A program made the position numbers and the translations under genes. Positions 10,120 through 21,023 of a stretch of 21,023 nt of DNA are shown piece by piece. The notes below the pieces were generated by a model. That model was not told where the DNA came from. It ran no database searches and saw nothing but the letters and a program-made list of their open reading frames with translations. Where the stretch lies: NCBI GenBank assembly GCA_002189035.1, contig NEEC01000365.1, positions 1 to 21,023 of the forward strand, in the 5' to 3' direction. The stretch is from Utricularia gibba. Taxonomy: Eukaryota; Plantae; Magnoliophyta. Positions within the stretch are counted from its first letter, which is position 1, and every line of letters starts with the position of its first letter.

Positions 10120-11683
10120 CATGATTTTTTCAACAACTTACTTTATACATGAGAAGGCGGTCTTGGGGCACTTGGAACCGGAAAAAGATCAGCTTAGGCC
10201 TTGGCCCAAAGTAAGTTGTAGCCCGGCAAAGAAAGTGATGTATTTATTAACGTTCGGTTTTCGGTGTTGCCTACATGGTTTTTCAAGGAACAGCTTCTCG
10301 TTTTGTGGCGGCCAGTCTCGCTAGGAACTTGGTCCGGGCCCGCGATTCTTTATGGCTCATGAGGACAAAAGGATGCAAATCGATGAATACAATGTTGCAT
10401 TTGTTTAAATTGCGATATCACGTGCACCCCACATGATTTTTTCAACAACTTACTTTATACTTGAGGAGGCGGTCTTGGGGGCACTTGGAACGGAAAAAGG
10501 TCAGCTTAGGCTTGGCCCAAAGTAAGTTGTAGTCCGGCAAATAAAGTGATGTATTTATTATCGTTCGGTTTTCGGGGCTGCCTACATGGTTTTTCAAGGA
10601 ACCGCTTCTCGTTTTGTGGCGGCCAGTCTCGCTGGGAACTTGGTCCTTGACCCCGATTCTGTATGGCTCATGAGGTCAACTGGATGCAAATCGATTAAAA
10701 AAAATGATGCATTTGTTTAAATTACGATGTCACGTGCACCCCACATGATTTTTTAACAACATACTTTATACATGAGAGGCGGTCTTGGGGGGCACTTGGA
10801 ACCGGAAAAAGGTCAGCTTAGGCCTTGGCCCAAAGTAAGTTGTAGCCCGGCAAAGAAAGTGATGTATTTATTAACGTTCGGTTTTCGGTGTTGCCTACAT
10901 GGTTTTTCAAGGAACAGCTTCTCGTTTTGTGGCGGCCAGTCTCGCTAGGAACTTGGTCCGGGCCCGCGATTCTTTATGGCTCATGAGGACAAAAGGATGC
11001 AAATCGATGAATACAATGTTGCATTTGTTTAAATTGCGATATCACGTGCACCCCACATGATTTTTTCAACAACTTACTTTATACTTGAGCAGGCGGTCTT
11101 TGGGTGCACCTGGAACGGGACAAAGGTAAGGTTTGGCTTGCCCGAGAGTTAGTTGTAGTCCGGCAAATAAAGTGATGTATTTATTATCGTTCGGTTTTCG
11201 GGGGCTGCCTACATGGTTTTTCAAGGAACCGCTTCTCGTTTTGTGGCGGCCAGTCTCGCTGGGAACTTGGTCCTTGACCCCGATTCTGTATGGCTCATGA
11301 GGTCAACTGGATGCAAATCGATTAAAAAAAATGATGCATTTGTTTAAATTACGATGTCACGTGCACCCCACATGATTTTTTTAACAACATACTTTATACA
11401 TGAGGAGGCGGTCTTGGGGGCACTTGGAACCGGAAAAAGGTCAGCTTAGGCCTTGGCCCAAAGTAAGTTGTAGCCCGGCAAAGAAAGTGATGTATTTATT
11501 AACGTTCGGTTTTCGGTGTTGCCTACATGGTTTTTCAAGGAACAGCTTCTCGTTTTGTGGCGGCCAGTCTCGCTAGGAACTTGGTCCGGGCCCGCGATTC
11601 TTTATGGCTCATGAGGACAAAAGGATGCAAATCGATGAATACAATGTTGCATTTGTTTAAATTGCGATATCACGTGCACCCCA

Positions 11684-12288
11684 CATGATTTTTTCAACAA
11701 CTTACTTTATACTTGAGAGGCGGTCTTGGGGGCACTTGGAACGGAAAAAGATCAGCTTAGGCCTTGGCCCAAAGTAAGTTGTAGCCCGGCAAAGAAAGTG
11801 ATGTATTTATTAACGTTCGGTTTTCGGTGTTGCCTACATGGTTTTTCAAGGAACAGCTTCTCGTTTTGTGGCGGCCAGTCTCGCTAGGAACTTGGTCCGG
11901 GCCCCGATTCTTTATGGCTCATGAGGACAAAAGGATGCAAATCGATGAAACAATGTTGCATTTGTTTAAATTGCGATATCACGTGCACCCCACATGATTT
12001 TTTCAACAACTTACTTTATACTTGAGGAGGCGGTCTTGGGTGCACTGGAACGGAAAAGGTTGGCCAAGTAGTTGTAGTCCGGCAAATAAAGTGATGTATT
12101 TATTATCGTTCGGTTTTCGGGGGCTGCCTACATGGTTTTTCAAGGAACCGCTTCTCGTTTTGTGGCGGCCAGTCTCGCTGGGAACTTGGTCCTTGACCCC
12201 GATTCTGTATGGCTCATGAGGTCAACTGGATGCAAATCGATTAAAAAAATGATGCATTTGTTTAAATTATGATGTCACGTGCACCCCA
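11684..12288. other. HOR phase break 2: extra B'-type unit (11684-11992) followed by a shortened A unit (11993-12288)
   Basis: Two consecutive B tails (anchors 11524 and 11835). The following A head reads CGGAAAAGGTTGGCCAAGTAGTTG and is about 17-20 bp short. Confidence 0.82.
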
Positions 12289-15200
12289 CATGATTTTTTC
12301 AACAACTTACTTTATACTGAGAAGGCGGTCTTTGGGTGCACTTGGAACCGGAAAAAGATCAGCTTAGGCCTTGGCCCAAAGTAAGTTGTAGCCCGGCAAA
12401 GAAAGTGATGTATTTATTAACGTTCGGTTTTCGGTGTTGCCTACATGGTTTTTCAAGGAACAGCTTCTCGTTTTGTGGCGGCCAGTCTCGCTAGGAACTT
12501 GGTCCGGGCCCGCGATTCTTTATGGCTCATGAGGACAAAAGGATGCAAATCGATGAATACAATGTTGCATTTGTTTAAATTGCGATATCACGTGCACCCC
12601 ACATGATTTTTTCAACAACTTACTTTATACTTGAGCAGGCGGTCTTTGGGTGCACTGGAACGGGACAAAGGTAAGGTTTGGCTTGCACCGAGAGTTAGTT
12701 GTAGTCCGGCAAATAAAGTGATGTATTTATTATCGTTCGGTTTTCGGGGGCTGCCTACATGGTTTTTCAAGGAACCGCTTCTCGTTTTGTGGCGGCCAGT
12801 CTCGCTGGGAACTTGGTCCTTGACCCCGATTCTGTATGGCTCATGAGGTCAACTGGATGCAAATCGATTAAAAAAAATGATGCATTTGTTTAAATTACGA
12901 TGTCACGTGCACCCCACATGATTTTTTTAACAACATACTTTATACATGAGGAGGCGGTCTTGGGGGGCACTTGGAACCGGAAAAAGGTCAGCTTAGGCCT
13001 TGGCCCAAAGTAAGTTGTAGCCCGGCAAAGAAAGTGATGTATTTATTAACGTTCGGTTTTCGGTGTTGCCTACATGGTTTTTCAAGGAACAGCTTCTCGT
13101 TTTGTGGCGGCCAGTCTCGCTAGGAACTTGGTCCGGGCCCGCGATTCTTTATGGCTCATGAGGACAAAAGGATGCAAATCGATGAATACAATGTTGCATT
13201 TGTTTAAATTGCGATATCACGTGCACCCCACATGATTTTTTCAACAACTTACTTTATACTTGAGAGGCGGTCTTTGGGTGCACTTGGAACGGAAAAGGTA
13301 AGGTTTGGCTTGCCCAAGTTAGTTGTAGTCCGGCAAATAAAGTGATGTATTTATTATCGTTCGGTTTTCGGGGGCTGCCTACATGGTTTTTCAAGGAACC
13401 GCTTCTCGTTTTGTGGCGGCCAGTCTCGCTGGGAACTTGGTCCTTGACCCCGATTCTGTATGGCTCATGAGGTCAACTGGATGCAAATCGATTAAAAAAA
13501 ATGATGCATTTGTTTAAATTACGATGTCACGTGCACCCCACATGATTTTTTTAACAACATACTTTATACTGAGGAGGCGGTCTTGGGGGGCACTTGGAAC
13601 CGGAAAAAGGTCAGCTTAGGCCTTGGCCCAAAGTAAGTTGTAGCCCGGCAAAGAAAGTGATGTATTTATTAACGTTCGGTTTTCGGTGTTGCCTACATGG
13701 TTTTTCAAGGAACAGCTTCTCGTTTTGTGGCGGCCAGTCTCGCTAGGAACTTGGTCCGGGCCCGCGATTCTTTATGGCTCATGAGGACAAAAGGATGCAA
13801 ATCGATGAATACAATGTTGCATTTGTTTAAATTGCGATATCACGTGCACCCCACATGATTTTTTCAACAACTTACTTTATACTTGAGCAGGCGGTCTTTG
13901 GGTGCACCTGGAACGGGACAAAGGTAAGGTTTGGCTTGCCCGAGAGTTAGTTGTAGTCCGGCAAATAAAGTGATGTATTTATTATCGTTCGGTTTTCGGG
14001 GGCTGCCTACATGGTTTTTCAAGGAACCGCTTCTCGTTTTGTGGCGGCCAGTCTCGCTGGGAACTTGGTCCTTGACCCCGATTCTGTATGGCTCATGAGG
14101 TCAACTGGATGCAAATCGATTAAAAAAAATGATGCATTTGTTTAAATTACGATGTCACGTGCACCCCACATGATTTTTTTAACAACATACTTTATACATG
14201 AGGAGGCGGTCTTGGGGGGCACTTGGAACCGGAAAAAGGTCAGCTTAGGCCTTGGCCCAAAGTAAGTTGTAGCCCGGCAAAGAAAGTGATGTATTTATTA
14301 ACGTTCGGTTTTCGGTGTTGCCTACATGGTTTTTCAAGGAACAGCTTCTCGTTTTGTGGCGGCCAGTCTCGCTAGGAACTTGGTCCGGGCCCGCGATTCT
14401 TTATGGCTCATGAGGACAAAAGGATGCAAATCGATGAATACAATGTTGCATTTGTTTAAATTGCGATATCACGTGCACCCCACATGATTTTTTCAACAAC
14501 TTACTTTATACTTGAGGAGGCGGTCTTTGGGTGCACCTGAACGGACAAAGGTAAGGTTTGGCTTGCACCGAGAGTTAGTTGTAGTCCGGCAAATAAAGTG
14601 ATGTATTTATTATCGTTCGGTTTTCGGGGGCTGCCTACATGGTTTTTCAAGGAACCGCTTCTCGTTTTGTGGCGGCCAGTCTCGCTGGGAACTTGGTCCT
14701 TGACCCCGATTCTGTATGGCTCATGAGGTCAACTGGATGCAAATCGATTAAAAAAAATGATCCATTTGTTTAAATTATGATGTCACGTGCACCCCACATG
14801 ATTTTTTCAACAACTTACTTTATACTGAGAAGGCGGTCTTTGGGTGCACTTGGAACCGGAAAAAGATCAGCTTAGGCCTTGGCCCAAAGTAAGTTGTAGC
14901 CCGGCAAAGAAAGTGATGTATTTATTAACGTTCGGTTTTCGGTGTTGCCTACATGGTTTTTCAAGGAACAGCTTCTCGTTTTGTGGCGGCCAGTCTCGCT
15001 AGGAACTTGGTCCGGGCCCGCGATTCTTTATGGCTCATGAGGACAAAAGGATGCAAATCGATGAATACAATGTTGCATTTGTTTAAATTGCGATATCACG
15101 TGCACCCCACATGATTTTTTCAACAACTTACTTTATACTTGAGAGGCGGTCTTTGGTGCACTGGAACGGGAAAAGGTCTTTGGCTTGCCCAGAGTAGTTG

Positions 15201-16970
15201 TAGTCCGGCAAATAAAGTGATGTATTTATTATCGTTCGGTTTTCGGGGGCTGCCTACATGGTTTTTCAAGGAACCTTCTCGTTTTGTGGCGGCCAGTCTC
15301 GCTGGGAACTTGGTCCTTGACCCCGATTCTGTATGGCTCATGAGGTCAACTGGATGCAAATCGATTAAAAAAAATGATGCATTTGTTTAAATTACGATGT
15401 CACGTGCACCCCACATGATTTTTTCAACAACTACTTTATACTTGAGAAGGCGGTCTTTGGGGCACTTGGAACCGGAAAAAGATCAGCTTAGGCCTTGGCC
15501 CAAAGTAAGTTGTAGCCCGGCAAAGAAAGTGATGTATTTATTAACGTTCGGTTTTCGTGTTGCCTACATGGTTTTTCAAGGAACAGCTTCTCGTTTTGTG
15601 GCGGCCAGTCTCGCTAGGAACTTGGTCCGGGCCCGCGATTCTTTATGGCTCATGAGGACAAAAGGATGCAAATCGATGAATACAATGTTGCATTTGTTTA
15701 AATTGCGATATCACGTGCACCCCACATGATTTTTTCAACAACTTACTTTATACTGAGCAGGCGGTCTTTGGGGGCACTTGGAACGGAAAAAGGTAGGTTT
15801 GGCTTGCCCAAGTTAGTTGTAGTCCGGCAAATAAAGTGATGTATTTATTATCGTTCGGTTTTCGGGGGCTGCCTACATGGTTTTTCAAGGAACCGCTTCT
15901 CGTTTTGTGGCGGCCAGTCTCGCTGGGAACTTGGTCCTTGACCCCGATTCTGTATGGCTCATGAGGTCAACTGGATGCAAATCGATTAAAAAAAATGATG
16001 CATTTGTTTAAATTACGATGTCACGTGCACCCCACATGATTTTTTTAACAACATACTTTATACATGAGGAGGCGGTCTTGGGGGCACTTGGAACCGGAAA
16101 AAGGTCAGCTTAGGCCTTGGCCCAAAGTAAGTTGTAGCCCGGCAAAGAAAGTGATGTATTTATTAACGTTCGGTTTTCGGTGTTGCCTACATGGTTTTTC
16201 AAGGAACAGCTTCTCGTTTTGTGGCGGCCAGTCTCGCTAGGAACTTGGTCCGGGCCCGCGATTCTTTATGGCTCATGAGGACAAAAGGATGCAAATCGAT
16301 GAATACAATGTTGCATTTGTTTAAATTGCGATATCACGTGCACCCCACATGATTTTTTCAACAACTTACTTTATACTTGAGGAGGCGGTCTTTGGGTGCA
16401 CTTGGAACGGAAAAAGATCAGGGCTTGGCCCAAGTAAGTTGTAGTCCGGCAAATAAAGTGATGTATTTATTATCGTTCGGTTTTCGGGGGCTGCCTACAT
16501 GGTTTTTCAAGGAACCGCTTCTCGTTTTGTGGCGGCCAGTCTCGCTGGGAACTTGGTCCTTGACCCCGATTCTGTATGGCTCATGAGGTCAACTGGATGC
16601 AAATCGATTAAAAAAAATGATGCATTTGTTTAAATTACGATGTCACGTGCACCCCACATGATTTTTTTAACAACATACTTTATACATGAGAGGCGGTCTT
16701 TGGGGGGCACTTGGAACCGGAAAAAGATCAGCTTAGGCCTTGGCCCAAAGTAAGTTGTAGCCCGGCAAAGAAAGTGATGTATTTATTAACGTTCGGTTTT
16801 CGGTGTTGCCTACATGGTTTTTCAAGGAACAGCTTCTCGTTTTGTGGCGGCCAGTCTCGCTAGGAACTTGGTCCGGGCCCGCGATTCTTTATGGCTCATG
16901 AGGACAAAAGGATGCAAATCGATGAATACAATGTTGCATTTGTTTAAATTGCGATATCACGTGCACCCCA

Positions 16971-17273
16971 CATGATTTTTTCAACAACTTACTTTATACT
17001 GAGGAGGCGGTCTTGGGGACTTGGAACGGAAAAAAGGTCAGGTTAGGCTTGCCAAAGTAAGTTGTAGCCCGGCAAAGAAAGTGATGTATTTATTAACGTT
17101 CGGTTTTCGGGTTGCCTACATGGTTTTTCAAGGAACAGCTTCTCGTTTTGTGGCGGCCAGTCTCGCTAGGAACTTGGTCCGGGCCCCGATTCTTATGGCT
17201 CATGAGGACAAAGGATGCAAATCGATGAATACAATGTTGCATTTGTTTAAATTGCGATATCACGTGCACCCCA
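16971..17273. other. HOR phase break 3: extra B-type unit with a mosaic head
   Basis: Two consecutive B tails (anchors 16811 and 17117). The head GGAACGGAAAAAAGGTCAGGTTAGGCTTGCCAAAG is intermediate between A and B. Confidence 0.82.
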
Positions 17274-18170
17274 CATGATTTTTTTCAACAACTTACTTTA
17301 TACTTGAGCAGGCGGTCTTTGGGTGCACCTGGAACGGGACAAAGGTAAGGTTTGGCTTGCACCGAGAGTTAGTTGTAGTCCGGCAAATAAAGTGATGTAT
17401 TTATTATCGTTCGGTTTTCGGGGGCTGCCTACATGGTTTTTCAAGGAACCGCTTCTCGTTTTGTGGCGGCCAGTCTCGCTGGGAACTTGGTCCTTGACCC
17501 CGATTCTGTATGGCTCATGAGGTCAACTGGATGCAAATCGATTAAAAAAAATGATCATTTGTTTAAATTACGATGTCACGTGCACCCCACATGATTTTTT
17601 TAACAACTTACTTTATACTTGAGAAGGCGGTCTTTGGGGCACTTGGAACCGGAAAAAGATCAGCTTAGGCCTTGGCCCAAAGTAAGTTGTAGCCCGGCAA
17701 AGAAAGTGATGTATTTTTAACGTTCGGTTTTCGGTGTTGCCTACATGGTTTTTCAAGGAACAGCTTCTCGTTTTGTGGCGGCCAGTCTCGCTAGGAACTT
17801 GGTCCGGGCCCGCGATTCTTTATGGCTCATGAGGACAAAAGGATGCAAATCGATGAAACAATGTTGCATTTGTTTAAATTGCGATATCACGTGCACCCCA
17901 CATGATTTTTTCAACAACTTACTTTATACTTGAGAGGCGGTCTTTGGGTGCACCTGGAACGGGACAAAGGTAAGGTTTGGCTTGCACCGAGAGTTAGTTG
18001 TAGTCCGGCAAATAAGTGATGTATTTATTATCGTTCGGTTTTCGGGGGCTGCCTACATGGTTTTTCAAGGAACCGCTTCTCGTTTGTGGCGGCCAGTCTC
18101 GCTGGGAACTTGGTCCTTGACCCCGATTCTGTATGGCTCATGAGGTCAACTGGATGCAAATCGATTAAAA

Positions 18171-18310
18171 AAAATGATCCATTTGTTTAAATTATGATGT
18201 CACGTGCACCCCACATGATTTTTTCAACAACTTACTTTATACTTGAGAAGGCGGTCTTGGGTGCACTTGGAACCGGAAAAAGATCAGCTTAGGCCTGGCC
18301 CAAAGTAAGT
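18171..18310. repeat. A'/B' variant HOR junction (linked haplotype)
   Basis: TGATCCATTT (vs TGATGCATTT), TTATGATG (vs TTACGATG), CAACAACTTACTTTATACTTGAGAAGG (vs TAACAACATACTTTATACATGAGGAGG) and AAAAAGATCAGC (vs AAAAAGGTCAGC) co-occur here. They also co-occur nearly completely at 10081-10190 and 14758-14870. Confidence 0.72.
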
Positions 18311-21023
18311 TGTAGCCCGGCAAAGAAAGTGATGTATTTATTAACGTTCGGTTTTCGGTGTTGCCTACATGGTTTTTCAAGGAACAGCTTCTCGTTTTGT
18401 GCGGCCAGTCTCGCTAGGAACTTGGTCCGGGCCCGCGATTCTTTATGGCTCATGAGGACAAAAGGATGCAAATCGATGAATACAATGTTGCATTTGTTTA
18501 AATTGCGATATCACGTGCACCCCACATGATTTTTTCAACAACTTACTTTATACTTGAGCAGGCGGTCTTTGGGTGCACCTGGAACGGGACAAAGGTAAGG
18601 TTTGGCTTGCACCGAGAGTTAGTTGTAGTCCGGCAAATAAAGTGATGTATTTATTATCGTTCGGTTTTCGGGGCTGCCTACATGGTTTTTCAAGGAACCG
18701 CTTCTCGTTTTGTGGCGGCCAGTCTCGCTGGGAACTTGGTCCTTGACCCGATTCTGTATGGCTCATGAGGTCAACTGGATGCAAATCGATTAAAAAAAAT
18801 GATGCATTTGTTTAAATTATGATGTCACGTGCACCCCACATGATTTTTTCAACAACTTACTTTATACTTGAGAAGGCGGTCTTTGGGGCACTTGGAACCG
18901 GAAAAAGATCAGCTTAGGCCTTGGCCCAAAGTAAGTTGTAGCCCGGCAAAGAAAGTGATGTATTTATTAACGTTCGGTTTTCGTGTTGCCTACATGGTTT
19001 TTCAAGGAACAGCTTCTCGTTTTGTGGCGGCCAGTCTCGCTAGGAACTTGGTCCGGGCCCGCGATTCTTTATGGCTCATGAGGACAAAGGATGCAAATCG
19101 ATGAATACAATGTTGCATTTGTTTAAATTGCGATATCACGTGCACCCACATGATTTTTTCAACAACTTACTTTATACTTGAGCAGGCGGTCTTTGGGTGC
19201 ACCTGGAACGGGACAAAGGTAAGGTTTGGCTTGCACCGAGAGTTAGTTGTAGTCCGGCAAATAAAGTGATGTATTTATTATCGTTCGGTTTTCGGGGGCT
19301 GCCTACATGGTTTTTCAAGGAACCGCTTCTCGTTTTGTGGCGGCCAGTCTCGCTGGGAACTTGGTCCTTGACCCGATTCTGTATGGCTCATGAGGTCAAC
19401 TGGATGCAAATCGATTAAAAAAAATGATCATTTGTTTAAATTACGATGTCACGTGCACCCCACATGATTTTTTTAACAACTACTTTATACTGAGAGCGGT
19501 CTTTGGGGGCACTTGGAACCGGAAAAAGATCAGCTTAGGCCTTGGCCCAAAGTAAGTTGTAGCCCGGCAAAGAAAGTGATGTATTTATTAACGTTCGGTT
19601 TTCGGTGTTGCCTACATGGTTTTTCAAGGAACAGCTTCTCGTTTTGTGGCGGCCAGTCTCGCTAGGAACTTGGTCCGGGCCCGCGATTCTTTATGGCTCA
19701 TGAGGACAAAGGATGCAAATCGATGAATACAATGTTGCATTTGTTTAAATTGCGATATCACGTGCACCCCACATGATTTTTTCAACAACTTACTTTATAC
19801 TGAGGAGGCGGTCTTGGGGGCACTTGGAACGGAAAAATCAGCTTAGGCTTGGCCCAAAGTAAGTTGTAGTCCGGCAAATAAAGTGATGTATTTATTATCG
19901 TTCGGTTTTCGGGGGCTGCCTACATGGTTTTTCAAGGAACCGCTTCTCGTTTGTGGCGGCCAGTCTCGCTGGGAACTTGGTCCTTGACCCCGATTCTGTA
20001 TGGCTCATGAGGTCAACTGGATGCAAATCGATTAAAAAAAATGATGCATTTGTTTAAATTACGATGTCACGTGCACCCCACATGATTTTTTTAACAACTA
20101 CTTTATACTGAGAGGCGGTCTTGGGGGCACTTGGAACCGGAAAAAGATCAGCTTAGGCCTTGGCCCAAAGTAAGTTGTAGCCCGGCAAAGAAAGTGATGT
20201 ATTTATTAACGTTCGGTTTTCGGTGTTGCCTACATGGTTTTTCAAGGAACAGCTTCTCGTTTTGTGGCGGCCAGTCTCGCTAGGAACTTGGTCCGGCCCG
20301 CGATTCTTTATGGCTCATGAGGACAAAAGGATGCAAATCGATGAATACAATGTTGCATTTGTTTAAATTGCGATATCACGTGCACCCCACATGATTTTTT
20401 CAACAACTTACTTTATACTGAGAGGCGGTCTTTGGGGCACCTGGAACGGAAAAAGGTAAGGTTTGGCTTGGCCCGAGAGTTAGTTGTAGTCCGGCAAATA
20501 AAGTGATGTATTTATTATCGTTCGGTTTTCGGGGGCTGCCTACATGGTTTTTCAAGGAACCGCTTCTCGTTTGTGGGCGGCCAGTCTCGCTGGGAACTTG
20601 GTCCTTGACCCCCGATTCTGTATGGCTCATGAGGTCAACTGGATGCAAATCGATTAAAAAAAATGATCATTTGTTTAAATTACGATGTCACGTGCACCCC
20701 ACATGATTTTTTAACAACTTACTTTATACATGAGGAGGCGGTCTTTGGGGGCACTTGGAACCGGAAAAAGATCAGCTTAGGCCTTGGCCCAAAGTAAGTT
20801 GTAGCCGGCAAAGAAAGTGATGTATTTATTAACGTTCGGTTTTCGTGTTGCCTACATGGTTTTTCAAGGAACAGCTTCTCGTTTTGTGGCGGCCAGTCTC
20901 GCTAGGAACTTGGTCCGGGCCCGCGATTCTTTATGGCTCATGAGGACAAAAGGATGCAAATCGATGAATACAATGTTGCATTTGTTTAAATTGCGATATC
21001 ACGTGCACCCCACATGATTTTTT

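Larger units (their letters stand above)
1..21023. repeat. Satellite DNA tandem array, ~313 bp monomer, ~67.5 copies, head-to-tail, extending past both window ends
   Basis: The anchor TACATGGTTTTTCAAGGAAC recurs at 1, 314, 626, 937, 1252, 1566, 1881 ... 20231, 20541, 20853 (68 copies). Spacing is mostly 305-316 bp, with shorter units at 9688-9961 (273) and 11835-12129 (294). All copies have the same orientation and no non-repeat sequence lies between them. Confidence 0.98.

Noticed and set aside
209-21017. All ORFs in the supplied track (60-110 aa; e.g. MHLERDKGKVWLAPRVSCS..., MVFQGTASRFVAAS...)
   Set aside because: They are repeated translations of the same satellite segment in different frames. 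Frames shift with homopolymer and single-base indels, many use non-ATG starts, the A/B differences include frameshifts, and I recognise no domain.
1-21023. Rolling-circle or amplification concatemer of a 627 bp circle (eccDNA or viroid-like)
   Set aside because: Linked multi-SNP haplotypes, a positional gradient, extra B units and allele-specific mosaics are not expected from copying one template. It is not fully excluded without knowing the data source.

Overview
The whole 21,023 bp window is one uninterrupted head-to-tail satellite-type tandem array, about 44-45% GC by hand count of bases 1-300. There is no unique sequence, no inversion, no credible gene and no mobile-element insertion. The anchor TACATGGTTTTTCAAGGAAC occurs 68 times (positions 1 to 20853; mean spacing about 311 bp), giving about 67.5 monomers of about 313 bp. 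The monomers fall into two types, A and B (roughly 85-88% identical by eye), which alternate as a 625-630 bp dimeric higher-order repeat (HOR). The most interesting hidden feature is that each 313 bp monomer is itself an ancient, strongly diverged dimer of about 156 bp subunits, so the hierarchy is about 156, 313 and 627 bp. That subunit length is typical of nucleosome-sized, often centromeric, satellites. The A/B alternation breaks three times, each time through an extra B-type unit. A linked variant haplotype (A'/B') replaces the canonical HOR progressively from left to right. Variation is concentrated in a ~65 bp 'head' segment that coincides with an imperfect inverted repeat, and much of it looks like a consensus or polishing artefact from collapsed copies. 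All ORFs in the supplied track are judged spurious. The host organism and any function cannot be determined from this sequence alone.
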